DNA of 63,071 nt from the NCBI GenBank assembly GCA_012026655.1, contig JAAILG010000006.1, positions 186,001 to 249,071 on the forward strand. The letters are read 5' to 3'. The notes beneath the pieces were generated by a model. That model searched no databases. It was not told the DNA's origin and was given only the letters and a program-made list of their open reading frames with translations. Made by a program: the position numbers and the translations under genes. Source of the stretch: Hydrolagus affinis (lineage: Eukaryota). Shown piece by piece: positions 50,356 through 62,706 of the stretch. Numbering within the stretch: position 1 is the stretch's first letter; every line of letters begins with the position of its first letter.

Positions 50356-51367
50356 AACATAAATTTTGTAGATGGTGTCATCTTGTCGAATAGTATTTTC
50401 GTTTGTTTTTCTGACACAGTGATGGTTTCACGAGTGGTACAAGTGGGTTCAGCCATGGAATAAAGAAAGCACAGCTTATTTTTGGTAATTTATTGCGCAA
50501 CTTCTCAACAAAACCCGCGCCATTTGGGGAGGCAGTGAATGGAGCCCAGCCACTTCACAACAAGGAACCACACTACAATTAGGTTAAATTGCCCTTACTT
50601 CTCCTGGCTTAGAACTGGAAGCAACCTAGCTGCTTATTCTCTAAGTCAGAGAATTATCTTCTTGCAGGGAGAGGTGGCGGGAAGAGAAGCAGAAAACACT
50701 TAACCGAAAGAAGCAGAAAAGAGAATGCAAGAGAGACAAATGGCAAATAGCTCCCAGTCAATGTGACACAGATATGATGAGCTGGAGTTTCATCCCTGCA
50801 CTGCAAGTGTAAAAGAAATGAAGTCTGTAAGGCATTAGTGCAGTGTTATTTTTGACTGACAGTCATATAACATCTGTACTGTACCTGTCAGCACCAAGTA
50901 TAATTCAATATTGCATGTAGACTGAACTGATAATGGAAAAATACTAAGTGAGTTGGAAGTAAGAGCAAAAAGGAGAATTGCACGCTTGTGCTGAGAGTCA
51001 CCTGTAATTTTCTCATGGTAAAAAAAGTGGACCTGTTTCCAGGACCCTAACTAGGATTCTCCGTAGAGAGCCACAAGACAGCACCTCCCTCTGACTCCCT
51101 GCTTCGGTTGAGGAATTCATCATTACTGGAATCACAGTCAGGTGCTCACATCCCACTGCGCAATGGAACAGCTTTTTAACTGAACCAGCTCAAAGTGCCA
51201 CTGAGTCACTCGGCCATAAATAGAGCTCGCTAACTGGGTCTGATAATAAGTGTCCATTCTGATCGTTACAATCTGAGAGCTGAGCGAGAGACACAAATAT
51301 TTAATAATTACTTTCAGGTGTGCAAAGTTTGTAACATTCTTTTCAAAACAATGTACGCATAAATATC

Positions 51368-51490
51368 TAATAATAATATTCATTGTACAGTACTTGACAT
51401 AGTCTTATTTGTCATGTCTTTGAGATGTCTCAAAGAGCTTCACAGAATATACTATCACGTGAAATTGACAGTACACTTTGTGGGCAAAGG
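51368..51490 (-). mobile_element. SINE 3' end
   Basis: gtctttgagatgtctcaaagagcttcacagaatatac...aattgacagt...tttgtgggcaaa. Confidence 0.65.
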
Positions 51491-52014
51491 AGCAGAGCAG
51501 ACAAGGGTCTTCCTGATAAAAGTGAAGGTATTTTTTTTACCAGGTACCAGGCTCATGGTACAACCTTTATTCTCCTGCTGAAGCTACGGTTCCCGATGCA
51601 ATTAATATCAAGACAAACACGCGAATGTTGGATTCTCTATGGAATCGTTGAACGCTGACGGTTTGGGAAGAGGCTAAAAATGCATGAAATGATGTGAAAT
51701 TGAAATGATAATAGTTTGTGATCAACCTTTGAACATTCAAGGGGTGAGGATCAGGCATCTCATCTGAAATTATTCGGATTCTGAGATGGAGATGCACATT
51801 GGCCAGGCGGAAGTAAGGCACAGCCTGATGAAGAATATTATTTGTTCCTAAAGGAATTTTTATTTCACTTGCAAGCAAGGAACTCTTAACAACACTGATG
51901 TTATTCTATGAGCCAATGGAATAATGAACGTTAGGAAACGCAACAGTCTATGTAATCTGCAGCCCCCAACCCCACTCAGGATAGGGTAGGGATGATACTT
52001 TTATGTTAAAGAAA

Positions 52015-52130
52015 GATAATCCATGCCTGTTTGTGGGACACTGCTGTGCACAATTGGTTGGCACGTTTCTCCCATAAAATATATCGTCACTGCTCTTTTA
52101 CAGTGAAGCACTTTGAGACGTCTCATTGAC
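52015..52130 (+). mobile_element. SINE 3' half
   Basis: ctgtttgtgggacactgctgtgcacaattgg...gtgaagcactttgagacgtc. Confidence 0.7.
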
Positions 52131-52724
52131 TTGCACCTAACATTGGACAACAAGGAGTTAGGGGATCACAATTTGTAGACTGGTGCCCTCAAACTGTGTG
52201 TTTTGACTGGAACAGTATTGGCAGCAGAAACGCAGGAGCTGCCTACTTGTGCTGCAGTGTAAAACAAAAAAGCTCTCTATTGAGGCAGAAATTAGAAAAA
52301 CTTGCGACAGAGAAAGAGAATGGTGTTTCATTTAGTGAAGCATTCAACTCTGCTCCCAGATCTCGGGAAAAAAATACGCAGCAGTTACAATCATTTGAGT
52401 CCAAATAAATGGAATCATTATTCGAGCATGGATGGTTTGACTTTTGAACTGAGCTGAGATGAAGCCATTATGTCTAATGGACATAGACATTAACGAACAA
52501 GGTGGGAGTCTAGTAGACACTAACTCAGAACAAGCAGCCTGACTGATGGACCAAATAGGTCAACCATTGAAATCAACTTGTGTTCCACTTAGTTACAGTT
52601 CACCGTGCTGATACATGCTTTGTGCTGCTATTACCTGCAGTTATTCTGGATGTAAGAAGCTTGTCCAAAGATAGTACTTTACCACAGTACCTCATGTAAT
52701 ACAGCACCATCACAGGCTCTCCAT

Positions 52725-52930
52725 CACAGAGATTCCCCACCACCAGCACCTTTCGTCCTCCCTTTCCATTTTTAAAACCTGCCTAAGGTCTCTCTTTTCA
52801 ACCACTCTTTTCTACACCTATCTCTTCCACCTCCTTCCTTTCTCAACTTCCCCCATCCCCAGCTGGGGTTCCTAAACTGGGTCTGAGATGACCTCCCGAA
52901 GTGAAAACGTTATGAATCTAAAATGATTGC
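52725..52930 (+). mobile_element. Degraded L2 3' portion
   Basis: C-rich tract reading SSLSIFKTCLRSLFFNHSF, then ctgagatgacctcccgaagtgaaaacgttat terminus. Confidence 0.55.
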
Positions 52931-54589
52931 CATTTGCACAGCATCACAGAAACAATGACCGCGCTTGATATTAGCCACGGGTGCAAACAAGTATTGCATG
53001 TAAATGAATCAAAGACATGAATGGGATCAGGCGTATCTGTGTGATTATTTTATTTGGAAAAAAAGTGTGTGCACCAATTCTGTTAACTTAGTACTGTATT
53101 GTGATTAATTGGCCATTGTATTGCATAAACTTTTAATGTTAAGACTTTTCAATGCAATAATATTGCTCATCAATATAATCTAAGGCAGCTGTTAATTTAG
53201 GAGCATGGTCGAATACTGCTAAACATGATGAATAACATCCTACTGACACAGTGATATAGCTTAACGATGGACGTCAATAAATTGACCGCAACTAAGAAGT
53301 GGTCATTGCTGCAAAATTGTATTTTAAATCTTTTCCCATTGTGTTTGGTTTTACAACTGTGGAAAATGTTGAGTAGCCATTATTGATCATGATTTTTATT
53401 AGCCACATTGTCTATTAACTTCAACTTATTTAGGGGAGGATAAAATGCTTAACATGGGGGTGGGGATTGTACAATATATAAAGGTTTTGTTAATGAATAA
53501 TTTAGATGGTGATAATATTGGCCACGAAATCTTGCACATTAGACACTGATGTTATGTTAGTAGCCAGGAACTAACCCTCTGACAAGGACTGATCTCAATT
53601 TCTGGGAGAAATCTCACCAGGGTTTAGATTTACTCTAGTTTTTATAACATTTCAGAGTGTCCCGAATTTGGCAAATTCTTAAATACAAGCTTAATTTTGA
53701 TGCCCTGTTGTCTGTAATTTTGTCTGAGACACTATTGGTGTGAAGGCCTCCATATAAATACATGTTGTTAAAATGAAGTGATATTGGTGAAAATCTAGTG
53801 ATCTGGAACTCAATAATTCTGAACCCATGTCCAGAAATACCAACTGGCTATTGTGCCCAGTTATAGGGCTGAATGGGACTTCAAATGACTAACATTATAA
53901 CAGGGCTTCACTGCACTTTTGTGAGGTAACCAAGCCATGACTGACAGCAATTTGAAGTAGTGAAATGGGTTCCTGTAAACTGTAGAGATATCTGAGTGAT
54001 ATCAATAAACCATTGGAGTCTGTGTCCTTATTGTCTCTTCCTCATACTTTTACATAGGGTCAAGAGTAGCTTCGCGAAGATGGATGTGACTCTGTTAACG
54101 TGTATATCATTCAATCAGTTTATTATCAGTATCTTGTTGCTATCAATTCCAAAGCCATCCCCTTAAAGGAATATTTAATTACGCCTTCACAACTCAATCA
54201 TCCTATTCCTCATATAGTGCGTATGTGTTATTACATGTGATTAGATTTAAGATGAATATGATTAATATGCTATTATTAATATCCTATGGATGTGAGACTT
54301 TCACTCACCTTGCCTGAGTCCCACAGGGTAAATTAACTTTGATTAAATGAGTGTGAATTGGTCGCTTGAAGCTGATGAAATGAGTTTGAAGTGAAGAATT
54401 GTGCTGACTGAACCAAATTTGTCTTCATAATGAAACTTAGATCCAACACTGAGTTAATCTGGGTCTCAATCCTCACTATTCCGACACTGAGTGTCAATAA
54501 AATGTGCGCCTTTGCTTAAGTAATAGGGAGAAAGCAAGAGACTGTGTAGAGTGTTTGCTGTTGCACGTAATGGGATTGGGGCATATACA

Positions 54590-54825
54590 ATGTAATGCAA
54601 TTTACATTTATATAGTGCATTTCGCTTCAGGGAAGCCATCTCAAAAGGCTTCCCAGTGCTGGATGGGCATGTGAGCTAGTGGTGTGAGCTGAGTGGGGGT
54701 GGGGAGAGGAGAGATTAATGTGTGGTCAAGCAAGTATGTTTTGAGGTGTGCTTTGAAAGAGGGGGAGGGAGAGAGAGGGACAGAGGGAAAGTGGCAGAGG
54801 GACACTGGGATGGATTTTCAGAGGC
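54590..54825 (-). mobile_element. L2 3' portion
   Basis: aatgcaatttacatttatatagtgcatttc tail; tggtcaagcaagtatgttttgaggtgtgctttgaaagag reads SFKAHLKTYLLDH on minus; ggattttcagag is the WN-like region. Confidence 0.7.
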
Positions 54826-56398
54826 ACTTGACAGTGACATTCATTTCAACAGACTTTAATATTCCAGAATAAAATAAAAGGACCTCAGTGTTTAACAGAG
54901 AAAAAAGAGAGAACAAAACGTTGCATGTGTAATGCTTCTCCCTCAGCAATTTAAATACGAATCTAGTTTTCACTCAAAGAGATTCCATGCTGAAATGATC
55001 CCAACCCCTGTGGGTACCTTCTGTGTGTGACCCACAGATCTTTGATTCAAGCTGTTAAACAGCTTCTCTCCTGGTGGTATGGGGGTAGGGTGCATTTGTA
55101 CGATTTATTTTGGCTCAAAAATCTGACTGCTGCAGGTTCAATATGCATGAAAATTAAATTCACACCTTGTTTTCTCTCCAATAATAATGCCTATGTGCTA
55201 ATTATTTCCCATCAAAATTTGATTAAGTTCACAGAACTCTCACAAGGTTAATTGCATCCACAAGGAGAAGTGTGAAACACACTTTTAAAAAATTGTCATC
55301 GTCACCATTTTGCAGGTCAGGTTTTGAAAGTTTACTGCTGCCTTTTTGGTTTTTGATTTAATAATAATCCTTGCATTTTCTACAGCATGTTTTACGTCGG
55401 GAGATTCAGTATCACACAGACAGCCTTGAAGTGATTGACCAATTGTGATTTTGAATTTAGCCAGCCTAAGCTAAATCCTTCCAAATCAAATGGCATTTTT
55501 TCATCACTTGGTAACTTACCATGTAGGAACTGCACTGTTATAATACAAAATTACATTGGTATAGCGTTTCTCACATCAGGCAGATGTTCCAAGGCACTAA
55601 TTGATTCTGCTATTAGCCAGACATCCGCAACATACATAGGGGCTTGTGAATGTACGGGACCAGTAAGGAACTATTCCCTTTTCCATCAGATATGCATTGA
55701 GTTTCTTCTTAAATTGAATGATAATTTTTTGCTTCAACCACAGGATTGAGTTTCAAGCACACTGACATGCTACTCCCCCACCCATGGAGGGCACTATATA
55801 TGTGCAAGTTGTTGTCATTGTTTCAATCGTTTCCCCCTCTGCTAATGATGTTTTCTCCTAAACACTCTTTTAGATCTGCTACCTTCCAATTTATCAATTT
55901 ACTTTCAACTTCTCAAAAAACGATGCAAAATATCTGTTAATTACGGTGGCCAATTTCAAGGGACAAAAAGTGTGCCGTCAATTCCAAATCCCCTTCTCCA
56001 AAAATAATGGTTGAGTGCTTTAAAACCTCCTCCTGATGAGAAAGCCACTTTATTAGAAAGGCACTTGATGAAATGCAAGAATTATTGTTATTATTTGTGT
56101 CATTTTCAAAGCAGAAGGCAGCTGCTTTGGTTTAGTGTGGACGTGAAATAGAAAACATGTGCTTCGCTGAATTCGTTATCCATGAGGAAATTGCAACAGA
56201 TGCTTTCAGGTCCCTAGTGTAGACTATCTAATCGACAGATAAGCAAAACAAAATTCCAAACAGGAATTTGGAACACTTGTGTAATCCCCGAACTGAACTG
56301 CACCTTCTTGATACCAATCTCAGTGCTGTGACGGAGCTGTTTATAGTGGCAGACTCACACCTTCAAATTAGCATGCTTCACCAAACTGCAGTGGATCT

Positions 56399-57079
56399 AA
56401 TCATAGAATCATAGAATCATACGGCACAAAAGGAAGCCATTCAGCCTGTCTAGTCTGTACCAGCTCTTTGAACAGAGCAACTCAATCCCACTGCTCAGCT
56501 TTCTCCCCATAACCTAACAGACCTGCTCTTCCTAAATAAAGATCTAGTTCCCCTTTAAAAGCTGTTATGGAATCTGCCTCCACCACTTTCTCAGGCAATG
56601 CATTCCAGATTCGAGCAACCCGCTGAGTGAAAACATTTGTCCTCAGCTCCCCTCCGCCTCGCCTTGAAATCACCTTAAATCTGTGACCACGAGTCACTGA
56701 TTCGCCCACCAGTGGAAACAGTCTTTCCCTATTCACCCTGTTGAAACCTCTCATAATCTTATAAACCTCTACTAGGTCTCCTCTCAATCTTCTTTGTTCT
56801 AGAGAGAATAAGCCTAGCCTATCTAGCCTTTCCTCGTAGCTGAAGTCTCTCATTCCTGGTACCATCCTAGTAAATCTCCTCTGCACCCTTTCCAATGCCT
56901 TAATATCCTTCCCAAAGTGTGGTGACCAGAATTGTACATAGTACTCCAGCTGAGGCCTAACCAAAGTCTTATAGAGGTTAATTAGCACTTCCTGACTTTT
57001 GTATTCTATACCCCTAAAACCTAATATCCCATATGCCTTCTTAACGGCTTTGTCTACCTGTCCTGCCACTTTCAAAGAG
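56399..57079 (-). mobile_element. 5'-truncated CR1 LINE (ORF2 C-terminus, 3' UTR, (ATTCTATG)n tail)
   Basis: Tail aatcatagaatcatagaatcata at 56399-56421; ORF with LYKTLVRPQLEY, ALERVQRRFTRM, YEERL..LGLFSLEQRRLRGDL, TRGH, WNALP..VVEA motifs typical of the CR1 clade. Confidence 0.95.
56482..57075 (-). pseudogene. CR1 ORF2 C-terminal fragment (197 codons, open; lacks endonuclease and RT catalytic core)
   Basis: ORF track 56482..57075; begins at a non-ATG codon at the truncation point. Confidence 0.9.
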
Positions 57080-57250
57080 TAATGGGAAAGGCTTCAATAA
57101 ATGCCAATGAAGGCTAGTCCCTGTGGAATCCATCCCTGCAAAAGACATCAAGAAAGCAAAAGTAATTGCATCAAAATTATTTGCTACTTCCCTATCTATT
57201 AAGGAGTGTTGAATTGAACAGTAATTGTTCAATGAACCAGTTTATTCTTA

Positions 57251-57650
57251 GTCCTGGAGTTGAGATTGGAAGCGGAGAGATAGAGTTGGGTGTTATACAT
57301 TTACATGTGGAAATTTACCCCATGTCTGCAGATGTCGTCACTGAGGGGGAGCATGTAGAGGGTGAAGAGGAGGGGACCAAGGACAGAACCCTGAGGAACG
57401 CCTCACTAGATGGTGTGGGGGCTGGAGGAAAAGTGGAGGCAATATGAAAGATAAGACCTGCACCAGTCAAGCACAGACCTTGAAGGTTGAGGTGGTAGGA
57501 GATGCAGTGGAGGAGGATTGAGTGGTCCACGGTATTGAAGGAAGCAGATAGGTCGAGGAGGACGAGGAGGCAGAGGGAGCCCTGGTCACAAATGGTCAGG
57601 ATATCATTTCTGGCCTTGACCAGAGCAGTTTCCGTGTTGTGGGCATGGAA
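57251..57650 (-). pseudogene. L2 reverse transcriptase fragment, frameshifted and inactivated
   Basis: Minus strand HNTETALVKARNDI...LVLLDLSASFNTVDHSILL, then in another frame [20 protein letters not shown]...FHM*MYNTQLYLS (YADD destroyed). Confidence 0.9.
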
Positions 57651-58834
57651 GGCGTCTATGTCACAAACTCATTCTGAATCATATTAACTTGATGTAATCT
57701 TGATCACAAAATATGTGTTGAGTATAATCCAAGACGAAAGTAATAGCATTTGGGCCATAACTGTTTGACGAATTGTCTCTTGGGAGTAAAATATACTCCA
57801 GTATATGTTAGAAGTTGAAACTCAAAGTGAAATGTCAAAATTCTGCCTAAAGTATTGATACAAGAAACACACAGAAACTGTATTACAAAGAAAGTGGTGT
57901 ATAAATTACAGTAATCCCTCCAAACATGTCAATCAATGAGGGATTGAGAAAAGCCATTGAGAAGATTTAAGGAGTCAATGAAATGTGACGTTTACAGCTT
58001 TCTCTTTTATTACCAAGTGTATTTCAAGCTTCAACGTTGTGTTAAAGTTGTCCCAAACCGGATTCGAGCTTGATCCACAGATACAGAGTTAAGGCTAGTC
58101 TAGTGACTGGTCTGAAAGTGATTGAACTCTAAATGCAGAATACAGTAAATGTTATGAATGAGAAGTGATTCTTTTTCCTGGACCCATTGACTGATTTGCT
58201 GAACTGTGCACATTCTGAAATACTAAGAAAATAGAGTAAATTCAAAGCCAATTGGAATTTCTCTCACTCACCCTATCGGTGACTAATGGAACAAAATTAT
58301 TTACGCTTCAAAGCTTTAGTTAGCAATGTATTGTGCAAGTCTCGCTGCAGTATTTTCTGCGCCTTTTATTGCTCTCTTGTCTCAAACATATTGCGGAAAT
58401 TCAGAAGTATCTTCCAAATAAAGATTAATGTAAGATTAAATACAAATGCTTTGCTGTTGCAAAGGGAATATTCACAAATGCTTTTCTTTCCCCCATTATT
58501 AGGAGCAGAGTTTATATGTGCGTTCATATTATGTTGTTGATTGGCATGTTATCTGTTTGCTTAGTTGAACTTGAGTCATTTATCTTGATAACAAATGGAT
58601 CTTTTGTGTAATTTCATGTAATTAATATTTAATCACATCCTCTGACTGATCGCTTCTAACATTACAAACATTGTGAAATCTGCAGAAAAAGAAAACGGTG
58701 GTGATGGACTTCAGAACTTTATTTTACTTTATTTTATGACACTCTTGCCAATTTTTGATAGTTTTGTATCATCTAACTGTACATTATCACTACAGATAAA
58801 ACTGATTTTATAAAACGGAGGATTTTATAGACCA

Positions 58835-59052
58835 ATGTCTCCTGGCCAACAATCCTCCAGGTGAAATTGGTAATTAATTTCCTGTCAGTTTGTGAGATAT
58901 TATTGTATGCAAATTGGCTGCTGCATTCATTTACCAAAATACACAGTCATTAAATCTCGTTGACCTTTACTTTGAATCCAATGAAGTGCTTTGAGATGTC
59001 CTCCTGACCTGAAAGGTGCTATATCAAATACAATAGTTGGATTAATATTATT
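58835..59052 (+). mobile_element. Family A SINE 3' part
   Basis: cctggccaacaatcc...gaaattggt...tgcaaattggctgctgc...gaagtgctttgagatgtcctcctgacctgaaaggtgctatatcaaat. Confidence 0.8.
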
Positions 59053-59164
59053 CTGAAGACATCAGAAAGAGCCTCACAGAGAGTTCCTGGTGCCTGCTAT
59101 CCACCTAGTATGGGCTCAATCATACCCCTGTTGGATATATAAGATAAATATACACACACCACTT

Positions 59165-59212
59165 AACAACGACAACAAAATTACATTTCTGTAGCGCCTT
59201 TCACATCGGGAT
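59165..59212 (-). mobile_element. L2 3' end, ultra-short
   Basis: aacaacgacaacaaaattacatttctgtagcgcctttcacatcggga. Confidence 0.7.
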
Positions 59213-60376
59213 ACTTACAATTCAAAAATGAGAGCTAAATATTATATACACTTACACCCAATACAATTTTTTTATTGGGTAAACAATGCATCTAAAAGCA
59301 GTGTTGCATAAAATTTATGTCAACATATTGAATTAAATTTGTCCAATTTTTAATTCTAAATTGCATTAATTCGCAAAGATAAATTAGTGCAATGGGATTT
59401 TGCATGTGTCAAGACAGCAGGCTGAGCAAACAAAAATGGGAACATTGTTTGCTTGACGAATGTTCAGTTTTTTCATGCATTCAGTCAAGCGAGCAGTCGG
59501 GAGTCCACAGTGAACAGCTTCCATTTTGCAGATTCTGCTGTTATTGTGAAATAAATTGCATTCCCACTCGTATATGGCTTGTAAAGTTTATGTTTATTTT
59601 TTTCTAAAACAAACATTAATATTTAATTGTGTTACGACATTTCTGAATAATTTAGGTGCAAAACTCATTACCTCTTCGGGAACATCATATTTTCAACACA
59701 ATTCCAAAAACGAAATCATTTTGATCTCGCCCGTCAAAAGTTTAATCAAAAGTTTCTGCATCTAAATCTCTCCTAGAACAAACCTGTTGACAAAATTGCT
59801 TTTCTTTCAAGTCATGTCTGGTGCCCACGCAATAGACTACATCAATGAATGAGATGCAATAGCACTATATTCAGCTTTTGACTCCTCTGCTTTATTTGTA
59901 ATCACTTACAAAATGAACTCATTAAAGGAAAATTTCCTTGCTGGATGGGGTCTTAACATCTAGAGGTAAACACAAAATCTGAACACAGAGTGTAATTACA
60001 GTAGCAATTGCTACTTTTGGAACAAAGTGTAACCCTTACTTGCCCAAAAGGAACAGAACTGTTTACAATTCTCCTTGGAAATAATGGAATATTATGCAAT
60101 ATGCCTGTGAAGTAACCAGAAAGTTTCACTCACTTTGTCAATATCAGAGAAGCAGTGTCACCAGCAACTTGTTCAATGTCAGTCCAATATCTTTATCAAC
60201 TTTCAATATCCCTTTGTTGTTTAGAGACTGTGTAATTCAGGTGGTTAACAAATTGAGAATGTGGGAAGCAACATTGTCAACTTCACAATAAACCTCACTT
60301 TGCTCTGCTCGATTAGCCTTCACCTCTAAACCATATTCACCAATCTGACCTCTAAGTCTCAAATCTAAAGTCTGTA

Positions 60377-60585
60377 GCAACAACAACAAATTGCATTTGT
60401 ATAGCACCCATCAAGTTGGAAAGACGTCCCAGGGCTGTGGACAATCAGGGATTTGGGACACAAGCTGGGAAGGGTGAAGGGCAAGGGGTTGGGTGGCAGG
60501 GGGCAGGGGGTCGAAGGCACTGACAAAGCGGAAGGTCTTTAAACAGGACATGAAGGAGGCAAGAGAGGGTGAGGTGGAGGGATTG
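60377..60585 (-). mobile_element. L2 3' portion (older subfamily A-like copy)
   Basis: (caa)n tail; minus ORF 60411..60605 reads SLASFMSCLKTFRFVSAF...PSQLVS...PWDVFPT*. Confidence 0.8.
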
Positions 60586-60675
60586 CGGGATATTGCTGTG
60601 TGCAAATTGGCTGCTGCATTCGCCTACAAAACATACAGTCACTATAAAGTCCTGTGAAGCACTTTGAGACATCTA
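60586..60675 (+). mobile_element. SINE 3' half
   Basis: gggatattgctgtgtgcaaattggctgctgcattcgcctacaaaacatacagtcact...cctgtgaagcactttgagacatc. Confidence 0.8.
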
Positions 60676-60829
60676 ACTGACAGAACAAGAGCTGCCTATA
60701 TGTACAAAAATATATTTCGAAGGAAGCACCACTTTATACAGAACATGAGAAGCCTCATAGAACAGCATTTTTGAGAATAGTCAATTGTATACATTTAATT
60801 TTAGCTAAAAAATGTTGCTTTGCATAATT

Positions 60830-60935
60830 AGATAGAATGACAATCAGCCTCCGGCCAGTTCGTGCCGGAGTCTACCCGTTCTAATTCCTCTCCCTCGTTA
60901 CTCCCCATGCACTCTATTCCCTTCATTAATTCTAC
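60830..60935 (-). mobile_element. Degraded CR1 3' UTR
   Basis: atagaatg...gcctccggccagttcgtgccgg...ctccccatgcactctattccctt resembles 56400-56530. Confidence 0.45.
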
Positions 60936-61509
60936 AATCTTGATACCAGTAAGCTTGTAAATATTTATTTTTTATGGTGTGATTCACCCTAAATTTGTGT
61001 TTCATTCGAAGAAAAATACGCTCAATCCATTCCAATGTTTTGAGCAATCGTCCTTTTAAGATAACAGATTTTCTCTATTTGAGGGCTGAATTGATTTCGC
61101 TTTCTATGAGAAAATATGAGTAAAGAAGTATGGTTTAGTTCTTATCAAATTACTGAAATACACTGTCAGATATTGTCACAGATCTATTGTTACTCTGTTA
61201 GCTGGAGTTTCATGGTACGTTGCAGTAAATTGATTTAATTTCAACTGGATAAAGCAATGTTTTGTGGATCAAATTTTTTTTCAAAGCTACACTATCTATT
61301 CAGCTGTCGGATGGAGCTTATTTGTAAACCACATCATCTTACTAGAAGTTCTTTAAACTATCCATCCAAATGAATATCATGTATTATGGTTCTCTCCAAC
61401 TTTGCAGCTTTTGCACATCACGACAACTGGTTTGTTCAGCTCACATATCTGCCACCTTCAATCTTCAGAAGAGATGAACACCTAAGATCTCACCACTGTA
61501 TTCCATCAC

Positions 61510-61600
61510 CAGCCTAGACTATGCAATTTCAAAGTCCAGACACGGGGCATGGACCCACAACCTTCTGACTAGACTGACTGACTGACTGAACCAGGCTGAT
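61510..61600 (-). mobile_element. Family A SINE head with (GACT)n expansion
   Basis: agcctagact...caaagtcc...ggggcatggacccacaaccttctgact...ctgaaccaggctga. Confidence 0.65.
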
Positions 61601-62254
61601 CCCTTTAGAGCACAGACAGCTGAGACACTGATGAAATAGCACCTGAATAACCACCAATAGAATGACAATTGAAAATCATTACTGGTTCTCTCACAGTTCT
61701 TAAAAATCAGCAACCTCCAAAGTGAGACTGAATTGAAGAATTTTCCACACGTCTACAAGATCTTAGATGTTACCACAAGTGGTCTTACTGGCTAGGTCGA
61801 GGCGGAATTTGGTAACAAATATATTTCACTGGATTACTTGGTACATTGCGTTAAATCAGTAGTAACTGGTAAGAAGTGATTCACCCAGAAAACAAATGTG
61901 ATACAGCAGATAAATAGAACTTGTAGTGATAAAGATTAATTTAACCTAATTAGACAACTTTGACCTATTCATGTCTATCGAGTCATTCAGAGAGGGTGCG
62001 CATAATTTGTAATAGGCATGTTAATGTAAATTATTAGGTCAAAGTAATGGAATGTATGTACTCAGATTTATTTGCAGAAACACTCCATTAAATCCAGGTT
62101 TCAAGCATCCACCATCTCTATATAGAAACGGCAAAACAAAAGGCAATACTGCCCTCTACCCAAACTTCTGTGTAATAATAATGAATTTCTTTTATGGTTC
62201 ATAAGCACCTGCTCTCACAAAATCCAAAGAATGCACATTTATAAGCAAATAAAA

Positions 62255-62390
62255 TAATAACAACTTGTGATTATGTTTTCACAAGGATAGTACCTCAGAG
62301 TGCTTTACAAACCTGGAGTTGGATGCCAAACAATAGAGGGGACAAGAGGTTGACTATGACAGAAGCATAGTCAAAAGGGTAGGTTTTAAT
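62255..62390 (-). mobile_element. Degraded L2 3' end (subfamily B-like)
   Basis: aataataacaacttg...ctcagagtgctttaca...gacagaagcatagtcaaaagggtaggttttaa. Confidence 0.55.
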
Positions 62391-62494
62391 AAAGAATATT
62401 CTTCTACTGTACTGAACATTGGACTGAAAAAGAGGACACCATTGCCCTTCGAATGTTTAAACCTATCTTTTTTTGTTCTACTGTATTTGTACAT

Positions 62495-62636
62495 CTAAAA
62501 ATATTGTTCTGGATTTATAGTCTCAACCACTTTGAACCTTTGTGTACACCTCTGTAAGATCTCCTCTGAGACATCACATTTCAAGTTTGAAGACAAGCTC
62601 AACTAATCGTTGCTCATAGCTCATTTCTCCATCACT
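62495..62636 (-). mobile_element. Degraded CR1 ORF2 fragment
   Basis: Minus strand EMSYEQRLVELVFKLEM*CLRGDLTEVY. Confidence 0.65.
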
Positions 62637-62706
62637 AATGATCATCCTCATTAATCTATTCTTTCTACCCCTTTCTACAATCCGAAATGGAAGTGCAGTG
62701 CAGGAT

